IMG/VR virus record: IMGVR_UViG_3300033143_002040
Coordinates: 99,712-126,561 of that record
DNA length: 26,850 nt
Strand: one strand, 5' to 3'
Source: a virus
Lineage: Duplodnaviria; Heunggongvirae; Uroviricota; Caudoviricetes
Every line of letters begins with the position of its first letter. The first letter of the stretch is position 1. Position numbers and translations under genes: made by a program. Below the pieces are notes generated by a model, which had not been told where the DNA came from, did not search any database, and worked only from the letters and a program-made list of their open reading frames with translations. This document shows positions 15,347 to 23,612 of this stretch, piece by piece.

Positions 15347-15589
15347 ATGAAATATATAGTTCAAGTATTTAACGGTAGAGGATACGAATATTTTTCTGGT
15401 AGTGCGAATCCTCACACTGGTTACTACGGTGGATTTGACACTTGTTTGCACCAAGCAACATTATTTGAATCTGAACATGTAGCACAGTCAACATTAGCAT
15501 ATCTCAGACAAGTAGGAATGGCAATGGGCATCGGTGAAGTGATTGCAAAGACAGATGCAGAAATATTCAAAATTAAGCTGAAAGGCTAA
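15347..15589 (+). CDS. 80-aa hypothetical, paralog family (EIFKIKLKG tail)
   Basis: MKYIVQ..QATLFESEHVA..AKTDAEIFKIKLKG. Confidence 0.75.
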   Translation: MKYIVQVFNGRGYEYFSGSANPHTGYYGGFDTCLHQATLFESEHVAQSTLAYLRQVGMAMGIGEVIAKTDAEIFKIKLKG

Positions 15590-15606
15590 TAGTGGAAAAA
15601 TAGTGG

Positions 15607-15635
15607 TTGCTATATAAATAGCAGCATGTTATAAT
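15607..15635 (+). promoter_or_regulatory. Composite promoter: sigma70-type TTGCTA-N17-TG-n-TATAAT with late-type TATAAATAGCAGCA in the spacer
   Basis: TTGCTA 15607-15612, TATAAATA 15613-15620, TG 15627-15628, TATAAT 15630-15635, in an intergenic gap. Confidence 0.7.
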
Positions 15636-15659
15636 TGTTTTTTAATCAGAGTGATAATC

Positions 15660-15899
15660 ATGGCCAAGATGAAGAAAGAAGAAATCGCAGTTAAATTTGC
15701 AACATTGTCCGATGTAGCAAAAACCAAAAATATCAAAAACAAGAACAAACGTTTTCTTCCTATGTCACACGTTAGGAACAGCAAACTTCAAGAGTTTGGA
15801 CTGTATGACTATGTGACGAAACGTTACACTTTGGGTAGCATTCATTCTGCGAAAGCTCAAACTATTCTCAAAGAAATGAGAGAAATGTTGGATAAATAA
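15660..15899 (+). CDS. 79-aa basic hypothetical protein (start ATG 15660 or GTG 15651)
   Basis: First ORF after the composite promoter; Lys-rich. Confidence 0.7.
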   Translation: MAKMKKEEIAVKFATLSDVAKTKNIKNKNKRFLPMSHVRNSKLQEFGLYDYVTKRYTLGSIHSAKAQTILKEMREMLDK

Positions 15900-15900
15900 C
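15891..15900 (+). promoter_or_regulatory. Possible late promoter GATAAATAAC
   Basis: 10/10 match to the core of the 15-bp motif, 25 nt before GTG 15925; overlaps the previous stop codon so may be chance. Confidence 0.4.
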
Positions 15901-15924
15901 TACATAAAACGCATCGGAGTAATC

Positions 15925-16269
15925 GTGTCAAAAACACCCACTTTTCATCATATTATTGGGCTGCGTTTAATAGCAGAGAAACGACATCATCACAAACCTA
16001 TGACAGAAGAACAAAAAGATGATCGTGACCCGAACGATCCTGTAAAGATTTCATTTAATGTTAAAGATGAATCAATGGAACCTTGGTTTGACAAACGAAT
16101 TGCTGATCTAAAAGAGTACGATCCAGGATTCTATTGTCAGATTAACAGTTGGCTGCACGGAGCACTCTATACACTATCTACAACTCGCAAACACCTAGAA
16201 CACGAAGAATTCAAGAAATTTATGTTCCAAGTAAAACTCAAGTTGGGTGAAGATGTCAAAATACGGTGA
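15925..16269 (+). CDS. 114-aa hypothetical protein
   Basis: GTG start 5 nt after GGAG. Confidence 0.75.
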   Translation: MSKTPTFHHIIGLRLIAEKRHHHKPMTEEQKDDRDPNDPVKISFNVKDESMEPWFDKRIADLKEYDPGFYCQINSWLHGALYTLSTTRKHLEHEEFKKFMFQVKLKLGEDVKIR

Positions 16270-16588
16270 GAAAAAAGTAACAGAAAAGTTTTACCGCATG
16301 ACATTTAGTGTAGGCGAAGTCACAGAAAAAGAAATAGCAGATATACGCAAAATCATGCAAAAATTAGAGAAGATTGATGGTGTCATGCGTTGCTTCCAAA
16401 ATATTGATCGTGCGACAAACAGAAGCTTAGATCAGCAATTGTGGCAAGCAGAAATGGAAGGCTCTGATTTTACAATATACTACAGAGAAAATTGTGAAGC
16501 AGCACTAAACAAATTGTTATTCAAACTGAAACTAAAATACCCTGACTTCTCGCTCTGTAAAGAAGAAACACTACAATCTTATATTTAA
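16253..16588 (+). CDS. 111-aa hypothetical protein (start ATG 16253 or GTG 16247)
   Basis: Last plus-strand ORF; its stop overlaps the convergent gp5-like stop (TTAA 16585-16588). Confidence 0.7.
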   Translation: MSKYGEKKVTEKFYRMTFSVGEVTEKEIADIRKIMQKLEKIDGVMRCFQNIDRATNRSLDQQLWQAEMEGSDFTIYYRENCEAALNKLLFKLKLKYPDFSLCKEETLQSYI

Positions 16589-18252
16589 CTCTCAGGTGTA
16601 CTATCTTGTCCGCCTGTGTTTGTATGTTCAGGACAGGGCTCATACGTCAAGAACCTTCCTACCATTGTTAGCACTGGCTGAGTCAATCGTGTATCATTGA
16701 CTGGCGGGACAAAATTAAGTAACACGTTTGTCTTTGATTCTGGCTCTGTCGGTGTCGCAGGGACTGCTGCTGTAGCAACACCTGCTGTAGGTCCAGAAAC
16801 ACTACCACTACCGCCAGTTCCTATAAACGGTAAAGTCTTACCAGCAGAAGAACCGCTAGAAATAACATGATCGTGACCATTTAATGCATTAAGACTTGTA
16901 GTTGAAGTCTTAACATCGCCGCCTGCTGTTATGTTGCCACCAGCAGCGATCTTACCTGTTGTTCCAATACCAGAACTTGCAACATCAAAATTAGAACTGC
17001 CTACGCCAAAGACACCATTTGTTGACATCGTGATACCGCTTGTTGCATTTACATCAAGTGAACCTGTCGCTGTCAGTATTTGATTGCCGCCAACTAATAG
17101 ACTATCATCGCCGATAACATTTGTTGTACGATTGCCTGTGATAGAAGTAGTCACATCACCTACGAGTACAGTAGTTGTCATGCTTCCTTGTACTGATGTA
17201 GTTGTAAGATCATTCGCAGCTTCGATAATAATGTCTCCGCCTTCTCCGACTAACGGTGCTCCTACTGCTGCCGTTTCAATAGGTATGCCCGTATCAGGAA
17301 CTGGCAGCTTATCTGCTGCTGCTTTAATAAGAATGTTACGTCCTGCTTCAATGTTAATATCTTGGTCAGCACGAAAGTTTATATCTTTAACTGATCGTAC
17401 ACTCATACTTTGTGCAGCGTAAATATCAAAGTTACCTTCAGCATCCATTTGCATCCAGCTTGTGCCAAGCTTATTGATTGCATATACAATACCGTTAGTC
17501 TCATCTACTAAAAACTGTGCTCCACTCTTTGTACGTATGCGAATGTGTTCACTACCTACGCCATCATCCATAACAAATACTGAACCGCCTAGACGTTTTC
17601 CAGGAGCATCTTCATTCTTTGGCCCAGGTGTTAGCATACCGTACACCTCTGACGGCGACTCGCGACGGGCGCCACTAGTAGATACTCCTCGTATTTGATC
17701 GTGAATTAAACCTTGAGCATTAATGCCTTCTGCAATTGTTATAGCAGCAGGTCTTTTGGAAGCATCAGTCTTAGTCCCAGGTGCTTGCTTATTATACTCA
17801 GCAGTTGGTGCATCAGTTGTTGGAAATTGAAATGTACTACCTGCGGGTATCCCAGGAACCATTTGATTCATAAACTGTTGATACAAACAACCCATCACGA
17901 CTCCGCGAGTAGGATCACCATTTGCAAACATGACTGTAACTTGATTGTCTAGATCAGGCGGTACAGCCCAAAAGCCGTAGCTTGTTTGTGTTTGTGAATC
18001 TAGCTGTTCATTATTTCCTAATAGCTTAGGACTAGTTGCTCCAGCAAACGGAGATGAATAAGATACAGTTAGCCAACCCGTCTTATCTTCCTCTTGTGAG
18101 CCGAACTCAGGAATCCAAATTTGCAAGCGTCCCATCTTCTGTATATCAGCATTAGCTTTGACATAGCCAATATACATTCCATCATATCGTTTTGATCGAC
18201 CGACTGTATCATATGCTTTATCTGTTTTAGTTGTGCGTGTAAGTTTAGCCAT
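16585..18252 (-). CDS. gp5: Baseplate central spike, gp5/gpV/VgrG-C-like (555 aa from ATG 18252; alternative ATG 18258), no lysozyme domain
   Basis: N-terminal OB-fold motifs (G.VK.N.D...GRLQIWIPE.G..WLTVSY.SPF.G; SYGFW.VPPD....V.V.F.NGD...G), SARRESPS.V.G..TPG, RIRT..G.Q.L..E..G, Gly/Thr/Val-rich beta-helix repeats, GHDH tip. Confidence 0.85.
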   Translation of the reverse strand: MAKLTRTTKTDKAYDTVGRSKRYDGMYIGYVKANADIQKMGRLQIWIPEFGSQEEDKTGWLTVSYSSPFAGATSPKLLGNNEQLDSQTQTSYGFWAVPPDLDNQVTVMFANGDPTRGVVMGCLYQQFMNQMVPGIPAGSTFQFPTTDAPTAEYNKQAPGTKTDASKRPAAITIAEGINAQGLIHDQIRGVSTSGARRESPSEVYGMLTPGPKNEDAPGKRLGGSVFVMDDGVGSEHIRIRTKSGAQFLVDETNGIVYAINKLGTSWMQMDAEGNFDIYAAQSMSVRSVKDINFRADQDINIEAGRNILIKAAADKLPVPDTGIPIETAAVGAPLVGEGGDIIIEAANDLTTTSVQGSMTTTVLVGDVTTSITGNRTTNVIGDDSLLVGGNQILTATGSLDVNATSGITMSTNGVFGVGSSNFDVASSGIGTTGKIAAGGNITAGGDVKTSTTSLNALNGHDHVISSGSSAGKTLPFIGTGGSGSVSGPTAGVATAAVPATPTEPESKTNVLLNFVPPVNDTRLTQPVLTMVGRFLTYEPCPEHTNTGGQDSTPES

Positions 18253-20767
18253 CGTCATCTGTCTCTGGTGCTGGTGTCGGTCCTACAGGTGTTAACTCTG
18301 GATCAAGGACATCATCAAACATACCCTGAAATGGGTTGGTGCCGAACGCTTCTGTGCGTATGTTCAAACCGTTTTCTCCTGTGATTCGCTCATCACCTGA
18401 ATTAAGAGATTCAATGGCTTGATTAGCAAAATACTTATTGTCTTCTTTCTCTGATTCAGAAAGTACTCCTAAGTGTGCGAGTAGATTAACATTACTAACA
18501 TTAATCTTTGGGTCTCTGATTCCGTGTAACGTTTGAGTAAATGTGCCGCCAGCAAAAGTATGTGTAACTGTTCGAACTCCATACACACCATTCAATACGT
18601 TATTAGATTTCTTTCCTGCAGGAGTGATGCCTGTTTTTGGATCAAACTGTTGTGGAGTAAATGATCTAAAAACCATGTATGTTTGTGCATTACTAGCATT
18701 TGCTGTTGTAAAATTCTGTGGTTGTGTTTGTTTATCAGAAGATTCTTCAGAACTAGATTCTTCTGCACTATCGCCAGAGTCAATAAATCCTCTATCTGCA
18801 AGCATACGATCAAGTGTTGATCGTGGCGCAGCATTACGATGAATTGGTGGGGGCTCAAGCCAATAAGGGTCGCCCTTGATATTAAGATCAATATTTAATA
18901 AGTCACCTGACACTGGACTTTTTGCTTGTTCAAACATTGCACTTAGCATTGTTCTACCAGATGTTTGTGAGCCTTGCGCTATATCAGCAGCATTGTCGCC
19001 AGACTTAGACTCAGTTGTAGATTGTTTAAGTACTTCTTCTAATTTCTCTCCGATTTTCGGATCATCTAAAAATATATCTTGTTCGCGTAATGCGTCTTGA
19101 GCAGAACTTGCCGAGCCAATGTCTGGTGTATTAACACGAGGTAGTTGTGTTCCTGCGACTAGTCGATCAACAAGTGTGCCAGTGCCAGGTATTACTGGAA
19201 CGCCTGGAACAACCTCTGGAATATCGGCGATGCCAGCTTGTACAGTATCAAGTGCAGCATCGGCATCAGCAATTGCTGGTCCAATAACATCATCTATTTC
19301 TGTTTGTGCTTCATCTAATTCATTTTTTACTTGATCTAGCTCGTCAGTTACTGGACTAAAGAATTCACTCAATGCATCTTCAATAAATGAGGTCGGTGCA
19401 AATCCTGCAGGATTTGCAAGAAAAGAACGTAACTGATTAACTTTGTCAGCAGTTTCTTCTAGTGATTCTCGCTGTTCGTCTGTCAATGTTGCTTTCGGTT
19501 CTGCGGCTGCAGGGTTTGTAGATCGCCCTGCTTGTAAAGGTAATGCTGCATACCAATTAAAATTGAATACTAATTCAAAATCTAATACTTGATCGTTCAA
19601 TCCTGTATAGATATAGTTATATAATTTCTTAACAAGTCCCTTGCGAGCCTTAGCTTGATATAATTCTTCATCGCCTTGAGTAGATCCTTGACTATCAGGA
19701 GTGGTAATCGTAGACATTGGATATGGGATAATGAGATAGCGGAAATTACGAGCATAATCTGAACGAGTCTCATCGTATTCACCTAGTGTTGTATCAGTAA
19801 TAACACGATAAAGATTTTGAAATGTTGGTTCATCTGCTGTATTGTTTCCATTCTCATCTGGAACAAGTTGCTGAAACAGTGTCGTAAGTGATAAAATATT
19901 CTCTACCATGCGATCTACTGAAATACCAGGTTGAAAAGTAAATGTCATCTTACCATTCGCATCTAAAAATGTTCCAGCGCGGCTCTGTCGCTCCTCGATG
20001 AGATCAGGCACAATGAGAGCCTTCGCAATTTCTTCATCAACATAGAATGCATATGTATCAGCAACTTTATAATTTGCTGTCTCTATTTTCTCTGTTTCAC
20101 GTAAATTCATTTGTGTTTGTAATCCAGTGAACCAATCACCAACAGTGAGAGCATCAACTGTAATCGTTTTCTGTGCATCAGAAGCTTCGTTAGTATATGC
20201 TAGGTCACCATAGATAGCAGCTTTTAATGAATATACTGTGCCACCTGTAGTGACATCCATTGCCATTTTTGTTAGAAGTATAGGCCAAGTCCAAACTAGA
20301 TCAGCCAGCTCACCAATGGAGCCAGGTCTTTGTGATTGTCCTTTTCCTGCCTTTCTTCCTTTGAATGATACTTCTAAGAAAAATGGAATTTTTGCAAAGT
20401 TTTTAATGTTTAAGAATTTAGCTGCATTAGAAACATCATCTAATAATGTTGCTCCGAATGGTTCTTTCAATGTGAGACTAAACTCTGTAGCAGTTCCAAC
20501 GCCTGATTCTCTAGATATGCCAGATACAGTATGTATCTCCACCTCATCTATTTCTAGAACTGTAACACCACTTTCAGCAATTACGACGCGCTCGTTTTTA
20601 GCTTTAGGTCCGAATATGCCCTTTCGCACAGCATCATCTGACATCATATAAAATCGTATATGATATGTTGGAAGATCAAACTTGTCTAGAATATTATCTT
20701 CAATGTCAGTAGATATATCTACGCCGCCACGGATGGGTGGAACTGTCTGTGCATTATTATCGCTCAT
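18245..20767 (-). CDS. Baseplate hub protein (gp27/late control D-like), 840 aa
   Basis: Between gp53-like and gp5-like; motifs IAE.G, LKEP.G..L.D, PFFLEV.FKG, YNYIYTG.N..VLDF.L.FN..W, L.IKGDPYWL, G.Y.V..V.H.F..G.FTQ.L. Confidence 0.8.
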   Translation of the reverse strand: MSDNNAQTVPPIRGGVDISTDIEDNILDKFDLPTYHIRFYMMSDDAVRKGIFGPKAKNERVVIAESGVTVLEIDEVEIHTVSGISRESGVGTATEFSLTLKEPFGATLLDDVSNAAKFLNIKNFAKIPFFLEVSFKGRKAGKGQSQRPGSIGELADLVWTWPILLTKMAMDVTTGGTVYSLKAAIYGDLAYTNEASDAQKTITVDALTVGDWFTGLQTQMNLRETEKIETANYKVADTYAFYVDEEIAKALIVPDLIEERQSRAGTFLDANGKMTFTFQPGISVDRMVENILSLTTLFQQLVPDENGNNTADEPTFQNLYRVITDTTLGEYDETRSDYARNFRYLIIPYPMSTITTPDSQGSTQGDEELYQAKARKGLVKKLYNYIYTGLNDQVLDFELVFNFNWYAALPLQAGRSTNPAAAEPKATLTDEQRESLEETADKVNQLRSFLANPAGFAPTSFIEDALSEFFSPVTDELDQVKNELDEAQTEIDDVIGPAIADADAALDTVQAGIADIPEVVPGVPVIPGTGTLVDRLVAGTQLPRVNTPDIGSASSAQDALREQDIFLDDPKIGEKLEEVLKQSTTESKSGDNAADIAQGSQTSGRTMLSAMFEQAKSPVSGDLLNIDLNIKGDPYWLEPPPIHRNAAPRSTLDRMLADRGFIDSGDSAEESSSEESSDKQTQPQNFTTANASNAQTYMVFRSFTPQQFDPKTGITPAGKKSNNVLNGVYGVRTVTHTFAGGTFTQTLHGIRDPKINVSNVNLLAHLGVLSESEKEDNKYFANQAIESLNSGDERITGENGLNIRTEAFGTNPFQGMFDDVLDPELTPVGPTPAPETDDDG

Positions 20768-20768
20768 G

Positions 20769-21065
20769 TTAGATTATATCCTGTACTGTCTCAGGATTAG
20801 GTACAAATATTTGAACACCAGTTTTAAAATCTCCTATAGGATCTACTAGTGTATCCATGTTGCGTGTAGCTAAAACCCACCACAGTCGAGGTGATCCGAA
20901 GTAATCGTTAGCAAATAGATCAGGTCGTTCATTATACTTTGCTTCTATAGTAACTAGCTCATCATTTGAACTAGGCGGTATTGTTCGTTTTGTCATTACA
21001 TCAAGATAAAAATCCTTGATAGGAGTATTTAAGTATGGTGAGGTTGTCTTATGGATTCCGGCCAA
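20769..21065 (-). CDS. gp53: Baseplate wedge subunit gp53-like / LysM-like tail X protein (98 aa, TTG start)
   Basis: Y.ERPDL.A.DY.G.PRLWWV.A.RN...L.DP..DF..G..IFVP; SD AAGGAG 7 nt upstream, inside the endonuclease gene. Confidence 0.85.
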   Translation of the reverse strand: MAGIHKTTSPYLNTPIKDFYLDVMTKRTIPPSSNDELVTIEAKYNERPDLFANDYFGSPRLWWVLATRNMDTLVDPIGDFKTGVQIFVPNPETVQDII

Positions 21066-21774
21066 TTTCTTTCTCCTTTAATTTACAATTATCAAAATGC
21101 CAACGTTTCATAGCAGGTTTTCCGCCTACTTTTTTACAATGAATACATGACACCTGCTCTTTCTTGATTCCTATGGTCTTATCTTTAATAAGTTGAATTG
21201 TTTTGCTTGTATGCTGATTACCAAAATTTGGTGCTTTCATTCCAACCCTATCTCTACGTAATCGTTTCAATCTATTGGCTTCCTGATTTCCGAACAATTC
21301 CTCATACGTTTTACCTTGGCGTCGATCAGACGCTTTCTGTATCAAATCTCTAGCTATTGTTGACCCAAACAGTTCCGTATATGTTTTATTTTGACGATTC
21401 AACGATAGTTGGGTTCGAAGCTGGTCAGCAATGGCCTTAGGATAACGATCATAATAAGATAAACCTTTGTATAATTGATTATTAACACAGCCAGATATAT
21501 TTTGATTAAGCCAACGATCATCCTCTAGAACATTTAATCGAGTTAAAACTAATTCTTCCCATATAATTGCATGATCTATGTTATCAAATATTTTACGAAC
21601 CTGTATAATATCAGGCTCACCAACTTTTTCACGCATCTCTGATACATACTTACTCGATGTAAAGTATTCATGCCATAGGTCTTCTGCTGGTAAAAGTCTA
21701 TTTGCATAACGAACACCATAATAATGTTTATCATACTCTGTCCAACCAATTCTATATGTATATGGAGAGATCAT
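21049..21774 (-). CDS. Free-standing GIY-YIG (Seg-like) homing endonuclease, 241 aa
   Basis: PYTY.IGW....YYGVR...YFTSS...WE..VL.R....WLN; KTYxELFG repeats, NUMOD3-like PNFG..H, C-terminal CIHC...MKRWHFDNC. Confidence 0.85.
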   Translation of the reverse strand: MISPYTYRIGWTEYDKHYYGVRYANRLLPAEDLWHEYFTSSKYVSEMREKVGEPDIIQVRKIFDNIDHAIIWEELVLTRLNVLEDDRWLNQNISGCVNNQLYKGLSYYDRYPKAIADQLRTQLSLNRQNKTYTELFGSTIARDLIQKASDRRQGKTYEELFGNQEANRLKRLRRDRVGMKAPNFGNQHTSKTIQLIKDKTIGIKKEQVSCIHCKKVGGKPAMKRWHFDNCKLKEKEIGRNP

Positions 21775-22481
21775 TAAATAAATCCACGATTGATTAACGC
21801 GCCGCTCTTAAACGCATCAAGATCAAACTTGTCACGAACTTTACGTGGGTTTTCTTGTACCATGAGCATAGCTGTGATGACCATTCTAGTTGGAACATAT
21901 GTACTATTATCATCTACTTGTACAAGATCAGTACCAAAAACACTCTGGCCGAAAACAGTACGCTCCTCAGGAGAGAGTGCACCTGGCAAATTAACTTCCA
22001 CGTAATCAACTGTATCCTCTAATAGATAGTTATATGTAGTCAACACAACAGGAACATTATTAAATTGGTGACCACCTAGATAATTAAATCGTAATACGGG
22101 TGGCGGGGTTCCTGCGATACCCTTGCGTGCTGCTGCTGCTCCAAATTCTATCATAGTAGCTGCGCGAAGGAAGCGCATAACAGCAATCATATAGCGGCCT
22201 TCTTCATTTGTTTGTGCAGTAAATGTTCCAGTTATCTGTATCTCAGACGGCATAGAATTTTGATAATTGTGCTGTTGAAAATTGCTGTGAGTGAAATGCC
22301 ATTGATTATAGTTTGCTGTTCCACCAAAGTTTAGCTGTGGGGTGTACGGAAATAGTACACCTTTTGTAGCATGAAGTGGCTGTAGAAGATTATTACAATC
22401 TGTAGGATCGCCTAGTACAGTAGTCATTGCTGCAGGCGCGGGTCCTAATCTTGCTCGTTTATTCGTGGTAAATGTTGACAT
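21774..22481 (-). CDS. Baseplate tail-tube initiator/cap-like protein (T4 gp48/gp54-like), 235 aa
   Basis: FPYTPQ...Y...HSN...Y.NS....I.I.G.FTAQ..E..Y...FLR..M.FG...G.PPPV.RF...G...F.NVPVV; ATG 22481 after AGAGGA; first gene after the late promoter. Confidence 0.75.
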   Translation of the reverse strand: MSTFTTNKRARLGPAPAAMTTVLGDPTDCNNLLQPLHATKGVLFPYTPQLNFGGTANYNQWHFTHSNFQQHNYQNSMPSEIQITGTFTAQTNEEGRYMIAVMRFLRAATMIEFGAAAARKGIAGTPPPVLRFNYLGGHQFNNVPVVLTTYNYLLEDTVDYVEVNLPGALSPEERTVFGQSVFGTDLVQVDDNSTYVPTRMVITAMLMVQENPRKVRDKFDLDAFKSGALINRGFI

Positions 22482-22497
22482 ATACAATGTTCCTCTT

Positions 22498-22512
22498 TGC
22501 TGTTATTTATCA
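22498..22512 (-). promoter_or_regulatory. Putative late promoter TGATAAATAACAGCA for the 22481-16585 baseplate operon
   Basis: Identical to 8006-8020; ends 17 nt upstream of the ATG. Confidence 0.75.
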
Positions 22513-22544
22513 CCAAAATTATATACTATGTTAACGTAAGGTAT

Positions 22545-22552
22545 GATAAATA
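22545..22552 (+). promoter_or_regulatory. Possible late promoter GATAAATA upstream of gp55
   Basis: Late core in an intergenic gap, lacking the ACAGCA extension; overlaps palindrome ATAGTACTAT (22550-22559). Confidence 0.45.
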
Positions 22553-22581
22553 GTACTATAATAGTTTGCCTATGTAAGGCA

Positions 22582-22611
22582 TTGACAACATAAGTCGTTG
22601 TATGTTATACT
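22582..22611 (+). promoter_or_regulatory. Sigma70 promoter TTGACA-N18-TATACT with extended -10 TG
   Basis: TTGACA 22582-22587, TG 22603-22604, TATACT 22606-22611; SD AAGGAG and ATG 22643 follow. Confidence 0.75.
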
Positions 22612-22642
22612 AGATCACATAATAAGAATAACAAGGAGCAAC

Positions 22643-23581
22643 ATGGCAGCACGCAATAAGTATTTAAATAATAAAGAACTGCTCAAAGAAATCCACATAA
22701 GCAAAACCTCATTTAGTGAATTTGATAAACCAGAATATAATCGCTTCGATGCAATTGTAGAAGAATATGATAACTTATTTACATATTCTGAAAAAGTCGA
22801 AAACACCATTGACAAAACAACAGGCGAAATTACAAGCACCAAAGGCACTGGCGAATGGCATTACCCTGTAGTGCTAGAAGCACAAGAGGCAAAAGCTGCA
22901 CGAATGGCAGCAGAAGATTATGCAGCAAAGATGGCAATTTGGGAACAGGGACCGAAAAAGGCATCTAACAAGCCCAGACTAGTTGACTGCAAATTTGATC
23001 CCACTACCCTAGCAGAAGATGAACTAGTATATCGTGTAATGACATTTGAACACATTCCACTTGAACCTGGCCGCAAGAAGAATCCCCGCAAAGAATCAGA
23101 ATATTACGTCAAACTCAATTTCATTCCTTTCAAACATTACATGATTACAGACATAGCTAAAGAAGAAGCTGTCGAAGTAGGAAAGAGTCATAGTAAAGAC
23201 GGAGAGTATTGTCAGACACATGGCGCAATGACAGACAAGTTAGCAGTTATGTACATGCTATTAGTAGAGCGATACAGCCAACGATCAAACTGGCGCGGCT
23301 ACACATACTTAGATGAAATGAAGGGTCAAAGTCTGTTACAACTATCATCAATGGGTTTGCAGTTTAACGAAGCGAAAAGTAAGAATCCATTTGCATACTA
23401 CACACAAGCATTGACGCATAGCTTTACGCGAGTGCTAAACATAGAAAAGAAAAACCAAGATATTAGAGACAAGATACTTGTAAGCAAAGGACTAACGCCG
23501 AGCTTCTCTAAGCAAATCGAACATGAAAACAAATTACGTCAGATGCGTGAAGACGCAAAGAACACAGCAGAGAATGAATAA
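22643..23581 (+). CDS. gp55: Sigma factor for late transcription (gp55-like), 312 aa
   Basis: KYLNNKELL, LA.M.MLL.ERY..R.NWRGYTY.DEM.GQ, F.E.KS.NPFAYYTQ....F.R.L..EKK.Q.IRD; start moved to ATG 22643 (AAGGAG SD); upstream of gp47-gp46 as in T4. Confidence 0.92.
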   Translation: MAARNKYLNNKELLKEIHISKTSFSEFDKPEYNRFDAIVEEYDNLFTYSEKVENTIDKTTGEITSTKGTGEWHYPVVLEAQEAKAARMAAEDYAAKMAIWEQGPKKASNKPRLVDCKFDPTTLAEDELVYRVMTFEHIPLEPGRKKNPRKESEYYVKLNFIPFKHYMITDIAKEEAVEVGKSHSKDGEYCQTHGAMTDKLAVMYMLLVERYSQRSNWRGYTYLDEMKGQSLLQLSSMGLQFNEAKSKNPFAYYTQALTHSFTRVLNIEKKNQDIRDKILVSKGLTPSFSKQIEHENKLRQMREDAKNTAENE

Positions 23582-23612
23582 AACATAAAAATAACAAGTG
23601 GTGTGGGAGTAC

